A DNA stretch of 64,000 bases, from contig JALJEE010002868.1 in NCBI GenBank assembly GCA_023231475.1, forward strand, positions 1-64,000. The letters are read 5' to 3'. Shown here one piece after another: positions 63,741-64,000 of the stretch. The notes under the pieces are model-generated. The model ran no database searches and was not told where the DNA came from. It saw nothing but the letters and a program-made list of their open reading frames with translations. The first letter of the stretch is position 1. The number at the start of each line of letters is the position of its first letter. The DNA is from Seison nebaliae (taxonomy: Eukaryota). The position numbers and the translations under genes are program-made.

Positions 63741-64000
63741 AATTAAATTTTCATTTAAATATATTTCATTTGCTCTCATAAACAAATTAACGATCTCCCT
63801 TTTATATTAATTTTTACGCTTTACCCTATGGGGATTCCGCATCTTAATAAAAAGAAAAAAATAATAATAAATCAAATTCCCGCGGGACAAATTTTTTCAT
63901 TAAAATAATTTAAAATGTTAAATTAAAAAAAAATTATATTTCTTCACTCCAGAATCAAAATATTTTTCCTACATTATAAATTTAGTTATAATTAATATTT

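Overview
AT-rich, gene-dense eukaryotic DNA from an animal with a compact genome, using the standard genetic code. The gene set (ATRX, STK33, calbindin/Cbp53E, TGF-beta type I receptor, RAB3IP, SLC13, ADA, OVCA2, NCBP3-like) is metazoan. A small-genome spiralian invertebrate is my unverified guess. The window also holds three decayed copies of one non-LTR retrotransposon family and a possible Mutator remnant. The main signal is the splicing code. I reconstructed 57 introns by hand, almost all 40-65 nt. 54 of them begin GTT, with no consensus at +4..+6, instead of the usual GT(A/G)AGT. All 25 introns pinned by protein homology begin GTT. Acceptors are also relaxed: 9 are AAG and some introns are purine-rich. 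The only GTAAG donor is in a longer (122 nt) intron. Other points of interest are an orphan secreted coiled-coil gene with 22 introns (21 in phase 1), an ADA1-type deaminase with an N-terminal membrane anchor, an apparently ADD-less ATRX, a TGF-beta receptor with a degenerate GS box, and a candidate novel peptide precursor. All gene models are manual and have no transcript support.
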